The notes: generated by a model from the letters alone, not told the origin. 62,707 nt of DNA from Verrucomicrobiota bacterium (GCA_049523555.1 JBEKMU010000007.1:1-62707), one strand, 5' to 3'; counted from the first letter of the stretch, positions 29,853-39,463 are shown. Program-made: numbers and translations.

Positions 29853-30011
29853 AACCACGGATTACACGGATTGAAACCATGAACGCCGGAATCTTTTTGG
29901 TGAAAGGCAATGACTAACTCGTGCGGATGGATGAACAGCCTTACAATTCCGAGGACTTGTTGCAGGAGCTTTTGGCAAAATATCTGTGTTCATCCGTGGC
30001 CATCCGTGGTT
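29853..30011 (+). pseudogene. short gene remnant bracketed by inverted short-period repeats
   Basis: AACCACGGATTACACGGATT ... ATCTGTGTTCATCCGTGGCCATCCGTGGTT enclosing MNAGIFLVKGND*LVRMDEQPYNSEDLLQELLAKY. Confidence 0.7.
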
Positions 30012-30019
30012 GATTTGCC

Positions 30020-30823
30020 ATGAAACTCCTTTTCTCCGAACAAAATTCCGATTACGAGCACTACCAGTTCCCCTACGCCATCTGGGCGGTGCCGGAGGAA
30101 GGCGAAACGCCGTCGGACATTTTCGACGCGGGCTTCCTGCCGTCGTCGCGCAATCTCGACCGCTTTTATCTCTGCCGGCAGGTGCGCGTGAACCTCGCGA
30201 AGTTCAAGCCATCGTCCGAGAACCGCCGCATCCTGCGCAAGGGCGCGGGCATCGAGGTGAAGCTCGTCCCGCGCGACAAATACGATTACACGCCGGAGCG
30301 CCGCCAGTTTTTCAAGACCTACGCGGACATCAAATTCGGCAAGGACGTGATGACGTTTGAGCGGCTCGACGCGCTGTTCGGTTCGCCGATTATTTCGCAC
30401 CTGCTGGTGTTCACGGACGCGGAAACCGGCAAGGAAATCGGCGTGGCCACGTTGTATCTCGAAGGCAAGGCGCTGGCGTTTTACTACTACGCGTTTTACG
30501 ACCTGAATTATTACGCGCGCAATCTGGGCATGTTCATGATGACCTCGGCAGTGGTGTTGTTCGCCGAACGCGGCTTCAAGCAGCTTTACCTCGGCACGTG
30601 CTATTCGCAGACGGCACTGTATAAAACGCAGTTTGCCGGCGCGGAATTTTTCAACGGGTTCCGCTGGTCGGACGATTTGGACGAACTGAAATTCATCATC
30701 CGGCGCGACAAAAAGGAACTGGACCAGCACCTGCTTGAAACCGGAGAATACCGCGACGAATTTTACAAGGGCGACCTCGGCAAAATCGCCAATGCCAGCG
30801 CCTTCCGGGTGAAGGTGAAGTGA
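30020..30823 (+). CDS. ATE1/Bpt-like aminoacyl-tRNA-protein transferase (GNAT fold)
   Basis: RVNLAKFKPSSENRRILRK, FYDL...LGMF, LYLG..Y...YKTQF resemble ATE_N/ATE_C. Confidence 0.7.
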   Translation: MKLLFSEQNSDYEHYQFPYAIWAVPEEGETPSDIFDAGFLPSSRNLDRFYLCRQVRVNLAKFKPSSENRRILRKGAGIEVKLVPRDKYDYTPERRQFFKTYADIKFGKDVMTFERLDALFGSPIISHLLVFTDAETGKEIGVATLYLEGKALAFYYYAFYDLNYYARNLGMFMMTSAVVLFAERGFKQLYLGTCYSQTALYKTQFAGAEFFNGFRWSDDLDELKFIIRRDKKELDQHLLETGEYRDEFYKGDLGKIANASAFRVKVK

Positions 30824-30830
30824 GAGATAC

Positions 30831-30857
30831 TGGAGCCAGCTGTCGGGATTGTACTGA
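30831..30857 (-). repeat. att site: duplicated 3' end of tRNA-Thr
   Basis: TGGAGCCAGCTGTCGGGATTGTACTGA versus 34575..34601 TGGAGCCAGCTGTCAGGATTGAACTGA (25/27). Confidence 0.92.
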
Positions 30858-31171
30858 GCTCAACGGCTCAGTGCTGGGAAAATAGCAGATTTCATTGGGA
30901 ATTCAAGGAGAATTCGTGCTAATTAGCCACTATTTTTCTAACTCTGTCAGTGCTATCACTGACACTTTCACTGACAGTTTAACATCTTCTGGAAAGCGGT
31001 CATGCGTATGCCCGGGCAATTTGGAGGTTTAGAACCGGCTGCCGGAATGACTCGTTCTTGGCATGGGGCACTCGTAGTGCTTCTTCCCTGTCTTTGGTGC
31101 GCAGGCTGCTTTGGTTTTGGTGCTGTGAACCGGCGGCAAACCGTGCGGAAAACTGCTGAATTTTGGACGAA

Positions 31172-31996
31172 CTACGTCGCGACGGATGCGATATAGTTGG
31201 TCACGCCTCTGAAGTATTCCAAATCTTCGTAATATTCCAGTACCGGCACCGTTTTACCGCTGGGATAGATTCTCTGAATCCGATATCCATATCCGGTCAA
31301 CAAATCATAATAATCGCGGAAGAAGGTTCTGGAATTGACGTTCGAAGTGCCAAATTCAAAGGTCAACGTGTGAATGCGGCGTGTTTTCAACGATTGGGCA
31401 GCTCCGCGCAAAGCGAAAAGTTCATGACCCTCCAGGTCCATCTTGGCCAGGTCAACCATTTCAATTCCACCTTGGTCCAGGATTTCGTCAATGGTGGTCA
31501 TCGCCACTTCGCGTTCTTCCAAAACCAGATGCTCCATGCGCACATGGGAATCGTTCCGCTGGTGAAGACTGGCAAAACCGCTGCCATCGCCCGGGGTGTA
31601 AAGTTTGGCCCTTCCGGCGTGCTCGCCGACCGCCACCTCAATGACTTCGACGGCGTTTAATTTCCGCAATACGGCGCAGCATTCTGCGGCCGGATCCACC
31701 AGAATCCATCGCCCCCGCTCTCCGATCAGGCGCCGAAGTTCAATGGTCCACCATCCCTTGTTCGCTCCGATATCCATGATCACTGGATTCTCGCGGTGAA
31801 TAAAGCGGGCGGCGGCCAGTCTTTCTCCCTGGTGCCAGTTGCTTCCCCCGCCTTTCCCAATAACACAGTTCAAATATGAACTCGTCAGCTCAATCAAACT
31901 GGTTGTGCGCGCATTGGCAGCAAGGCGGCTGAAAAACGGCGTGATTTTTTTGCCAAACCGGTTAAGTTTTCCGGGGGTGTTCAGGCGCAATGGCAT
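31172..31996 (-). CDS. FkbM family methyltransferase
   Basis: MDIGANKG, AKMDLEGHE, TFEFG. Confidence 0.9.
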   Translation of the reverse strand: MPLRLNTPGKLNRFGKKITPFFSRLAANARTTSLIELTSSYLNCVIGKGGGSNWHQGERLAAARFIHRENPVIMDIGANKGWWTIELRRLIGERGRWILVDPAAECCAVLRKLNAVEVIEVAVGEHAGRAKLYTPGDGSGFASLHQRNDSHVRMEHLVLEEREVAMTTIDEILDQGGIEMVDLAKMDLEGHELFALRGAAQSLKTRRIHTLTFEFGTSNVNSRTFFRDYYDLLTGYGYRIQRIYPSGKTVPVLEYYEDLEYFRGVTNYIASVAT

Positions 31997-32171
31997 CGCG
32001 CCGGACAGTACAGGAATATCCTGCCATGTTTCAAGCAACGTCTGCTGCCATCGCCCGGAGTGTAAAATTTGGCCTTTCCTATCACCCCTTCTGCCAGACG
32101 ACCAACCCGCCGTCGGCATCAATAACGACAAACCCCTTCTCCCCCGGAGACAGGCTCTAGCTAATGGCCAT

Positions 32172-32711
32172 TCAGACCCCTTTATATTTGTTAACACCTA
32201 CGATTTCTATTCTAGCATATGCCATATTCCGAAAAGGCGTAATTTTTAAGATATTCTGAACCATAAAACAGATAGAACTTTTTATCCGAGATGTTGAAAA
32301 GTATTCCACAAATTTTACTTCTTCTATGTCAAGCCCTGCTTTTGTAAAATGATTTATAAGGTGTGTCTTTGTAAAAAAACAATAGTGCCTGTCATCGGGG
32401 CATTCAGCTTTTTCGTATCCTCCTGTGTGCGCCCTCTTGTTAAGTGCGAACGCCCAATAACTTCCGTTGTCTGTTATCACTCTTACTTTTCCTCCTTCTT
32501 TAGTAACCCTTTTCATTTCCATTAGCATATTGAAGGGATTTTTGAGGTGTTCAAAAAGACATTTGCTATATACCTCGTCAAAGGTGTTGTTTTCAAAAGG
32601 AAGTCCCTTTTCCATGTCACATTTGACTACATTTTTTCTACTAGGATACATATCTACAAAGTCCGTTCCGTAAATTTCCTTTCCGCATCCGACATTAAGA
32701 ATTCTTTTCAT
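32172..32711 (-). CDS. class I SAM methyltransferase (Methyltransf_11), very AT-rich
   Basis: LNVGCG, LPFENNTFDEV, FEHL. Confidence 0.88.
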   Translation of the reverse strand: MKRILNVGCGKEIYGTDFVDMYPSRKNVVKCDMEKGLPFENNTFDEVYSKCLFEHLKNPFNMLMEMKRVTKEGGKVRVITDNGSYWAFALNKRAHTGGYEKAECPDDRHYCFFTKTHLINHFTKAGLDIEEVKFVEYFSTSRIKSSICFMVQNILKITPFRNMAYARIEIVGVNKYKGV

Positions 32712-32789
32712 TAAAATATTGAATTGATAGGAAATTGTTTTTGGGCACTCCGCAGTTCACGGGGCATCGCTGGTTCGTCGGTGGCCATT

Positions 32790-34118
32790 TTACGCGGGTG
32801 GAGGTGGGCAGCAAGCACTTTTATTGGCGTTCTTACGGGGAGCAGGCTGGCAAACGTTTTTCTCGAGTTCACTGTCGTATTTTGTCACCGATGCATAAAC
32901 CGCATTGACGGTACGGCGGTAATGATCCTCCGTAAAATGCTCGGCGATTCTTTTGCTGGCCAGCTTCCCTTTGTCTAAAATGATTTTCCGGTCGTGATCA
33001 ATGGCCACGAGGGTATCTGCCATCTCTGCAATCATCCGCTCCTGTGTGGAGACAGGAATTTTATAGCCACAATCCTCCGTGACAATAAAGTTTGGCCCTC
33101 CGCAGTCAGCCACAACCGGCACACACCCGGCCAACATGGCCTCCATCATGGTCAGACCGACGCTTTCCCGCAGGCTGGGGAGGAGGTAAACATGGGTGTT
33201 TCCCAATTCCCGCTGATAATCCTCGCTGCTCATGGCGCCACCAAAAACAACTTCTTGGTTAATGTTCAGTCTGGCCACCAGTTTTTTCAAATGCGGGATT
33301 TCCGGCCCGCCCGCGCCGAGATGGTAGCGGAAATTCACTCCGCATTTTTTTGCCTGGGCCAGGGCTGGCAAAGCCAGCCCCAGACCTTTGTGCCCCCCCA
33401 AGTTGCCCGACGCAAAAAGACGGAGCGGTCCGTCCAGGTTTTTTCCCGAGGCAAAGCGGGAAAAAGCCGCCACCTTGGCCGCCGAATAAAAACCCGGCAG
33501 CAACCGCGAAATGCCTTTGCCGGAGCCGCGCATGGCTTTTACCAACTGTTCCGTTTCTGTGGTAGCCGCGAAAATGTGGGCGGCCCCGCAGATGCCCCGG
33601 CGGACGCCGGGTGAAAACCGGGAAACGACATTGGACGTCTTCCGCAACAGCTCAAAGGCAGCACCGGCCGGACTTAAAACCGGGAAAATTCGAAACGGAA
33701 ATTTTTCATTCCCGCCAATGGGGCCAAAAATGAAAGGGATGCCCAGCTGCCACAGCGGCGAGGCCACCCGCCAGGTCGCAAAGGTGACATGATGAACGAG
33801 ATCAAATTTTTCCGTTCGGTGCAGTGCTCTGGCGACCGCAAGTGAATCTTTGGAGAAATTGATGTATTCCCTCCACTCTTGCATTCGTGCCAACAGGCGG
33901 TTGGGATGCCACTTCTTGAATTCACCGGCGTAAAAAAATCGGACGTTGGGCAGAACCAGGCCGTCCGCCTCCGCTTTGGCCAGGTCGGGGCGATTACGGC
34001 TGCCAGTAATCACGCATAACGTGTGATCCTGCGCCAGGCATTTTACCGCCGACCATCCAAAGTAATGTTCGGAGCCCAAATACGGGTTACACACGATGGC
34101 CGACACCAATACTTTCAT
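32790..34118 (-). CDS. glycosyltransferase family 4
   Basis: MKVLVSAIVCNPYLGSE, PSLRESVGLTMMEAM (EX7E), DCGGP. Confidence 0.92.
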   Translation of the reverse strand: MKVLVSAIVCNPYLGSEHYFGWSAVKCLAQDHTLCVITGSRNRPDLAKAEADGLVLPNVRFFYAGEFKKWHPNRLLARMQEWREYINFSKDSLAVARALHRTEKFDLVHHVTFATWRVASPLWQLGIPFIFGPIGGNEKFPFRIFPVLSPAGAAFELLRKTSNVVSRFSPGVRRGICGAAHIFAATTETEQLVKAMRGSGKGISRLLPGFYSAAKVAAFSRFASGKNLDGPLRLFASGNLGGHKGLGLALPALAQAKKCGVNFRYHLGAGGPEIPHLKKLVARLNINQEVVFGGAMSSEDYQRELGNTHVYLLPSLRESVGLTMMEAMLAGCVPVVADCGGPNFIVTEDCGYKIPVSTQERMIAEMADTLVAIDHDRKIILDKGKLASKRIAEHFTEDHYRRTVNAVYASVTKYDSELEKNVCQPAPRKNANKSACCPPPPA

Positions 34119-34201
34119 GGTATAAATATTAAAAATAATCGGCGCGAAGCTGGCAGCACAATTTAAAAACACATAATTCAAGGCTTCCGTTAAACACCAA
34201 C

Positions 34202-34372
34202 GCATCACTGCACGTCTGGAGCTACACCCCTTTCAAGGCTTTGAACCATAAGACGAGACTACGGTGGAAGTCAGCACCGTTGCCCAGGCCATTGAATCAC
34301 AAAGAAACGATTTTATGGACTTCGTGAAAATGGATGTCGAAGGACACGAACGATTCGCTTTTGGGGGCCGGC
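34202..34372 (+). pseudogene. internal fragment of FkbM methyltransferase
   Basis: ASLH.../TVEVSTVAQAIESQRNDFMDFVKMDVEGHE, frameshifted, no start. Confidence 0.7.
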
Positions 34373-34574
34373 AGTCTCGGCTTCTCCTTCATCCGCCGTG
34401 CGAGTGGAACTGCTTTTTCTGGTTTTGAGCCAAAGGGCTTGGGTGAATCTTTGGGCAAATCGTCCCAATAATTTGAAGACTCCATTACTTTGGCGGGTGT
34501 CGGAGAGCGAAGGCGTGTTAACGGAAGCTGTTCGTCCCAAATGGAAAAGGGTCTTGAACACGGTCGGTGAAAAA

Positions 34575-34649
34575 TGGAGCCAGCTGTCAGGATTGAACTG
34601 ACGACCCACGGTTTACAAAACCGTTGCTCTACCGCTGAGCTAAGCTGGC
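34575..34649 (-). tRNA. tRNA-Thr(TGT)
   Basis: GCCAGCTTAGCTCAGCGGTAGAGCAACGGTTTTGTAAACCGTGGGTCGTCAGTTCAATCCTGACAGCTGGCTCCA cloverleaf, encoded CCA. Confidence 0.97.
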
Positions 34650-34921
34650 CTTGAAGCCTAAAGCAGACAATTTTCCCGGATTTGGCAAACTTCCAACCAG
34701 GCCAAAACCCCGTGCCTCAATTTCGGACATCACAAACCCGGTGGCAACTATTTTGAAAAGCGCTGATTCTATGGCAAGTTAATTCGCCATGACCGTCCCT
34801 GCCAAGGCAACAGCGTTATTGGCTGCGGACAACGGGCGGATCAGTGCAAGCGCGGCCCACTTCAGCCATCGTCAAAATGGCTTGAAATGGTTTTCGCTTT
34901 GTGGACTCTGACAGCCGGACT

Positions 34922-35830
34922 ATGAAAAAACTGCTTCAAGAAGCCGCGTTCGAACGCCGCCTCGTCTGTGACGGCGCAATGGGCACGCAACTTATGCTCG
35001 CCGGCCTCGAAAGCGGCGGCTGCGGCGAACTCTGGAACCTGACAAATCCGGACCGCGTCCTCGCGATCCAGCGCCGTTACGTGGAAGCCGGCACTGATTG
35101 CCTCATCACCAATACGTTTGGCGGCAGCCGCACCGTCTTGAACCGGCATGGCGTCGCCGGCAAGGTTCGCGAGATCAACCAGGCCGGCGCGCGCATTGCG
35201 CGCGAGGCGTTTGGCAATCGCCCAGGATACGTGCTGGGCGACATCGGCCCGCTCGGCACGATTCTGGAACCTTACGGCGAGCTTTCGCACGCCGATGCGC
35301 GGATCGCGTTCGCAGAACAGGCGCACGCCCTGGTTGAAGCCGGCGTGGACGCCATCATCATCGAAACGCAAACGTCGCTTGAAGAACTCGGCCTGGCCAT
35401 TGACGCCGCCAAAGCCGCCGGTGCGCCGTGCATCATCGGCTCGCTCGCTTATGATTTGTCGGCGGACAAGACCTTTTTTGTGACGATGATGGGTGTGTTG
35501 CCCGACAAAGCCGCCCAGTTTGTGGAAGAAAGAGGCGCACACATCGTGGCGTTGAATTGCGGCACTGGCATGGACATGACGGGCGCGGCAAAGGTTGTCC
35601 GGCTTTATCGCGAGAATTGCACATTGCCGGCCATGGCGCAGCCCAATGCTGGCCTGCCCGTGCTGGAAAAAGGGAAGGCGGTTTACAAACAAACACCGGC
35701 TGAAATGGCGGCCGGCGTGCCGGAGGTGCTGGCTGCCGGCGCCAACATTGTCGGCTCTTGCTGCGGCAGCACGCCCGAACACACACACGCCATCCGCCAG
35801 GTCGTTGATGAATTTAACCGGGGCAAATAA
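34922..35830 (+). CDS. homocysteine S-methyltransferase domain protein (stand-alone MetH N-terminal domain)
   Basis: DGAMGTQL, TNTFG, IIETQ, ALNC, PNAGLP, GSCCGSTPEH. Confidence 0.92.
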   Translation: MKKLLQEAAFERRLVCDGAMGTQLMLAGLESGGCGELWNLTNPDRVLAIQRRYVEAGTDCLITNTFGGSRTVLNRHGVAGKVREINQAGARIAREAFGNRPGYVLGDIGPLGTILEPYGELSHADARIAFAEQAHALVEAGVDAIIIETQTSLEELGLAIDAAKAAGAPCIIGSLAYDLSADKTFFVTMMGVLPDKAAQFVEERGAHIVALNCGTGMDMTGAAKVVRLYRENCTLPAMAQPNAGLPVLEKGKAVYKQTPAEMAAGVPEVLAAGANIVGSCCGSTPEHTHAIRQVVDEFNRGK

Positions 35831-35921
35831 GCCGCCGTTCGGAGTTCCGGCTTCAGCCGGTCCAGCCACAGCAGTTCGCACTTGTGAATCTTGGCCAGCC
35901 CCGATGGGCTTCCGCCCAGTT

Positions 35922-37298
35922 TCAGCCTGAAACCGCGCACGGCGCCAGAATCGCATCCGCCATGCCGTGAATGATCTTTTTGTCCGCGGGATTCACCGTT
36001 GCCAGCACCCCGCCCAGTTGCGGACGCGCCGCGTCGCCTTCGCCGGAAACAAAATAATACGGACACAGCCGCACACGGCCCTTCATCGTCTGAACGGAGT
36101 TTTTCTCAAAATCAAACCACTGCGCCTCGACGAGCGTGGGCTTGTGGTAACGCTGGAGGACGCGCGGCGACCGGTCGAAATGTTGAATGGCGTCGTCCAC
36201 CGCTTGCGCCCAGTCTGCCTGCGGCAAATCACCGCCGAGAAAAACCCCGCGCGCGCCCCACGCGTGTTCGGAAAACCCGGACACTTTCAGAATCAAGTCG
36301 CGCTCGCGCTGTGACAGCGTTTTGAGCTGCTGCCAGTCCGTCAGGTTCAATTCAGGAATCGCCGCCTGCGGCGGCAACGGTGTCGGGTCAACGATCCACG
36401 TGTAAGGGACCAGTTTTTTCAGCCGGGCAAAAAAGCCTTCACCGAGTTCCTGCCGCCAGAAGTTTTGCAGGTTCCGGTTCCATAGCAGTGCGAAAAGCAT
36501 TTTCTCCTCAAACAGCGGTTTCGGCGGCGGCGTGAGACGAATCCGTTTTTCGGCGGCCAGTTCAAAAATCTTTTTTGAATTAGGCACGTTCGCCAGATCG
36601 AACAGCTCGAAGAAACGGTAAACGGCATCGCCTTCGGCGAAGTCCGTGAACCTTGAACTTTGAACCTTGAACCTTGAACCTTGAACTTGGCTTGCCAACC
36701 ATTCCATTTCCGGCCGGTAAGTCGCGGCTTCTTCGGACACAATGATGTGAACCTGTTTTGCGTCACCAAAAATACTTTCAAACCCGTGAATCATTCCGTC
36801 CGCGCCGCCGATCACTTCTATTTTTCGGAGGGGCGAGCTCTGCGAGTCCCCATCTTGATTTGGGCGTCGTGGAACTCCACCCTCCGAAAAAATTGAATAC
36901 GTTTTGTTCAACCACGCCGTCAGGCCGATGCCGCCGGGGACGCTGTCGAGTTCGGTGATGCTGATGCCGGTCTCCGTCAGCAGAATGTCGGGCCGGATGA
37001 CGCGCGGCACGTCGCTCTTGAACGCGGGCGAACGCTGAAGCGCGATGAGTTCCGCCGGTTTACCGAGGTCGAGCCAGCGCGCGACCCATTCCGGCTGTTT
37101 CCCTTCGGCGCTTTTGCGGTAAAGCAGATTGACCGCACGATAGAATTGGAGCAGCACTCGTCCGAGCGAATCAATTTCCTTCGCCAATTCCGCGTCGAGC
37201 GGAAATGGCGCCGGCGAAATGCGCCACTCCAGACCGGCGAACAAACCACCGGGCGGGAGCGAGTCACGGATAAATTTTGCTTGTTCGGCAGTGTTCAC
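35922..37298 (-). CDS. ATP-grasp amide ligase-like protein (glutathionylspermidine synthase/circularly permuted ATP-grasp-like)
   Basis: IRPDILL, TELDSVPGGIG, LILKVSG...WGARGV, LQRY. Confidence 0.6.
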   Translation of the reverse strand: MNTAEQAKFIRDSLPPGGLFAGLEWRISPAPFPLDAELAKEIDSLGRVLLQFYRAVNLLYRKSAEGKQPEWVARWLDLGKPAELIALQRSPAFKSDVPRVIRPDILLTETGISITELDSVPGGIGLTAWLNKTYSIFSEGGVPRRPNQDGDSQSSPLRKIEVIGGADGMIHGFESIFGDAKQVHIIVSEEAATYRPEMEWLASQVQGSRFKVQSSRFTDFAEGDAVYRFFELFDLANVPNSKKIFELAAEKRIRLTPPPKPLFEEKMLFALLWNRNLQNFWRQELGEGFFARLKKLVPYTWIVDPTPLPPQAAIPELNLTDWQQLKTLSQRERDLILKVSGFSEHAWGARGVFLGGDLPQADWAQAVDDAIQHFDRSPRVLQRYHKPTLVEAQWFDFEKNSVQTMKGRVRLCPYYFVSGEGDAARPQLGGVLATVNPADKKIIHGMADAILAPCAVSG

Positions 37299-37541
37299 AG
37301 ATTTTTAGTCGCGGTTGAAAAGTGAAATTAAATCTCTCGATACTTGTCTTCAAATGTTGAAGACCGCATCCAGCCAGAATATCCAAATAGTTTCAACAAC
37401 AGTAATATTTATTGCGCCTGCAATTCGGGATTCATTAATTGTGGCCTCTTTCAATTCGTCTTCAGATATACAACATTGTCAACGCGCAACTTATCAGACC
37501 CTTTGCGAACAATTTTTACGAATTCATCGGCTGTCATTTCT

Positions 37542-38828
37542 TCAAGTTCTGATTTGCCCGTTGCCGATGCCAATCCACTTGTAGCTGGTCAATTCCTCAA
37601 GGCCCATCGGACCACGCGCGCCGATCTTGTCGGTGCTGATGCCGATTTCCGCGCCCATGCCGAATTCGCCGCCATCCGTAAACCGCGTTGAGGCGTTCCA
37701 GTAAACCGCCGCTGAATCCACTTCGGCGAGAAATTGTTTCGCGTGTGCCTCATTCTTGGTGACAATGCTGTCCGAATGCGCCGAGCCGTAGTGATTGATG
37801 TGATCAATCGCCGCTTTCACGCCGTCCACGACCCGGACGTTCAGGATATAATCGTTGTATTCGGTGTAAAAATCCTGCTCGGCGGCGGGCCTGATTTTCG
37901 ATTTTCGATTTTCGATTTTCGATTTCAAAAGCGCGAGCGCGTTTTCATCGCAACGCAACTCCACGTGCTTCTCATCCAGCCGTCTGGAGATTTGGGGAAG
38001 AAACTGGACGGCAATCGCCTTGTCCACCAGCAACGTTTCCATCGCGTTGCAGACGGCGGGGCGCTGAACTTTGGCGTTCATCGCGATTTCCTCGGCCATT
38101 TTCAAATCCGCTTCGGCGTCCACAAAAACGTGGCAGACACCCTTGTAATGTTTGATGACCGGCACCTTGGAACAATCGGCCACGGCGCGAATCAATCCTT
38201 CGCCACCGCGGGGCATGCACAGGTCAATGTATTGCGTGAGCGAAAGCAAAAGGGGAATTGCTTCGCGGTCAGCCACAGGTACGACCTGAATCGCGTGTTC
38301 AGGAAATTTCGTGAGCGCTTGTTTCCCCGCCTCAATCATCGTCTTCGCGATAATTTGATTCGAGTTCAAGGCCTCCCTGCCGCCGCGCAAAATTGTGGCG
38401 TTGCTGGATTTGAAACAAAGGCTCGCGGCGTCCGCCGTCACGTTCGGGCGCGATTCATAAATGATGACCACCACGCCGATGGGGGTGGAAATTTTTTGCA
38501 GCTTGAGGCCGTTGGGCCGGACGCGTTCGTCCAGAATTTTCCCGACTGGATCGGGCAGCGCGGCGACTTCGCGCAACCCTTTCGCCATCGCAGCGATGCG
38601 TTTGTCGTCGAGCTTGAGCCGGTCGAGCATCGCGGAAGAAAACCCGCTTTTCACGGCGGCGTCCATGTCCAGCGCGTTCACCATTTTGAGCGCGTCAGAA
38701 TTTTTTTCGAGCGCACCGGCCATGGCGAGCAGACAGGCGTTCTTCTCCGCCGTCGTCAGCTTGGCGAGTTCGCGCGACGCGGCCCTGGCCTGTTTGGCCA
38801 ATCGCGTCATCTGCTCATTCAAAGTCAT
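37542..38828 (-). CDS. proA: gamma-glutamyl phosphate reductase
   Basis: IYESRPNVT, CNAMETLLV, NASTRFTDGGEFGMGAEIGIST, ARGPMGL. Confidence 0.97.
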   Translation of the reverse strand: MTLNEQMTRLAKQARAASRELAKLTTAEKNACLLAMAGALEKNSDALKMVNALDMDAAVKSGFSSAMLDRLKLDDKRIAAMAKGLREVAALPDPVGKILDERVRPNGLKLQKISTPIGVVVIIYESRPNVTADAASLCFKSSNATILRGGREALNSNQIIAKTMIEAGKQALTKFPEHAIQVVPVADREAIPLLLSLTQYIDLCMPRGGEGLIRAVADCSKVPVIKHYKGVCHVFVDAEADLKMAEEIAMNAKVQRPAVCNAMETLLVDKAIAVQFLPQISRRLDEKHVELRCDENALALLKSKIENRKSKIRPAAEQDFYTEYNDYILNVRVVDGVKAAIDHINHYGSAHSDSIVTKNEAHAKQFLAEVDSAAVYWNASTRFTDGGEFGMGAEIGISTDKIGARGPMGLEELTSYKWIGIGNGQIRT

Positions 38829-38909
38829 GGAACGAGAATACCCCAAAACCGTCGTGAAGAAAAATGGAAGTTTTTGCTTGGGGGCGCCGAGCAGTGCTCG
38901 GCGTTCCAA

Positions 38910-39206
38910 TTATTTTGAGTGCCGTTTTTTTGACGCGGCTTTTTCGTTCAGTGCGAACGCAGACGTCCGGTGCGCCGGATAAGGAAATTGTGCCTTCATG
39001 CTTCTGCCGATTCGATGCGGCGGCAGCGCCAATTCTTTGGGCACGGCAATGCCGGCACGCGTCAATTTTTCGACAATGGCGTCGCGGACAAATTGGGAGC
39101 GATTCCGGTAGCCCGCGTGCGCAAGCCCGGCGTCCAGCTCGCGCAGGAACTTTTCATCCACGGCGATAGGCAACAGTTTCTGACCTGCGGCGCGTTGATT
39201 TGGCAC
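38910..39206 (-). CDS. ribbon-helix-helix (CopG/NikR-like) DNA-binding protein
   Basis: LPIAVDEKFLRELD...GYRNRSQFVRDAIVEKL. Confidence 0.8.
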   Translation of the reverse strand: MPNQRAAGQKLLPIAVDEKFLRELDAGLAHAGYRNRSQFVRDAIVEKLTRAGIAVPKELALPPHRIGRSMKAQFPYPAHRTSAFALNEKAASKKRHSK

Positions 39207-39289
39207 ATAATTTCTATACACCGTTTTGCCGCCGGGAAAAATAAAATTTTTGTTGACATGTTTATAGACTCAATATAGACACCCAACCC
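39207..39289. promoter_or_regulatory. divergent promoter/operator region
   Basis: TTGACA at 39253-39258; TATAGAC repeats at 39263 and 39274; TATACAC at 39215; AT-rich UP-like tract. Confidence 0.7.
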
Positions 39290-39463
39290 GTGAAGCGGGT
39301 TGGGAAAAAGCGAAAAGGGAAACAGCTTTCAATTTGGGCTTCCGAAACGTTGCTGCCACGTCTGGACGAAGGCGTCAAAAGAGAAGATTCGGACCGCTCC
39401 AAGTTCATTCGCAATGCTATCCGGGAAAAACTGTTGCGCCACGGGACCACCGTCAAAAAATGA
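39290..39463 (+). CDS. 57-aa ribbon-helix-helix protein (below ORF-track cutoff)
   Basis: MKRVGKKRKGKQLSIWASETLLPRLDEGVKREDSDRSKFIRNAIREKLLRHG; ATGA overlap with the next gene. Confidence 0.8.
   Translation: MKRVGKKRKGKQLSIWASETLLPRLDEGVKREDSDRSKFIRNAIREKLLRHGTTVKK

Larger units (their letters stand above)
30831..34601. mobile_element. tRNA-Thr-integrated genomic islet (~3.7 kb, no integrase)
   Basis: Bounded by the tRNA 3'-end direct repeat; cargo of methyltransferases and a GT4; AT-rich segments. Confidence 0.85.

Noticed and set aside
34376-34574. Integrase remnant beside tRNA-Thr
   Set aside because: No tyrosine-recombinase motif is recognisable in any frame.
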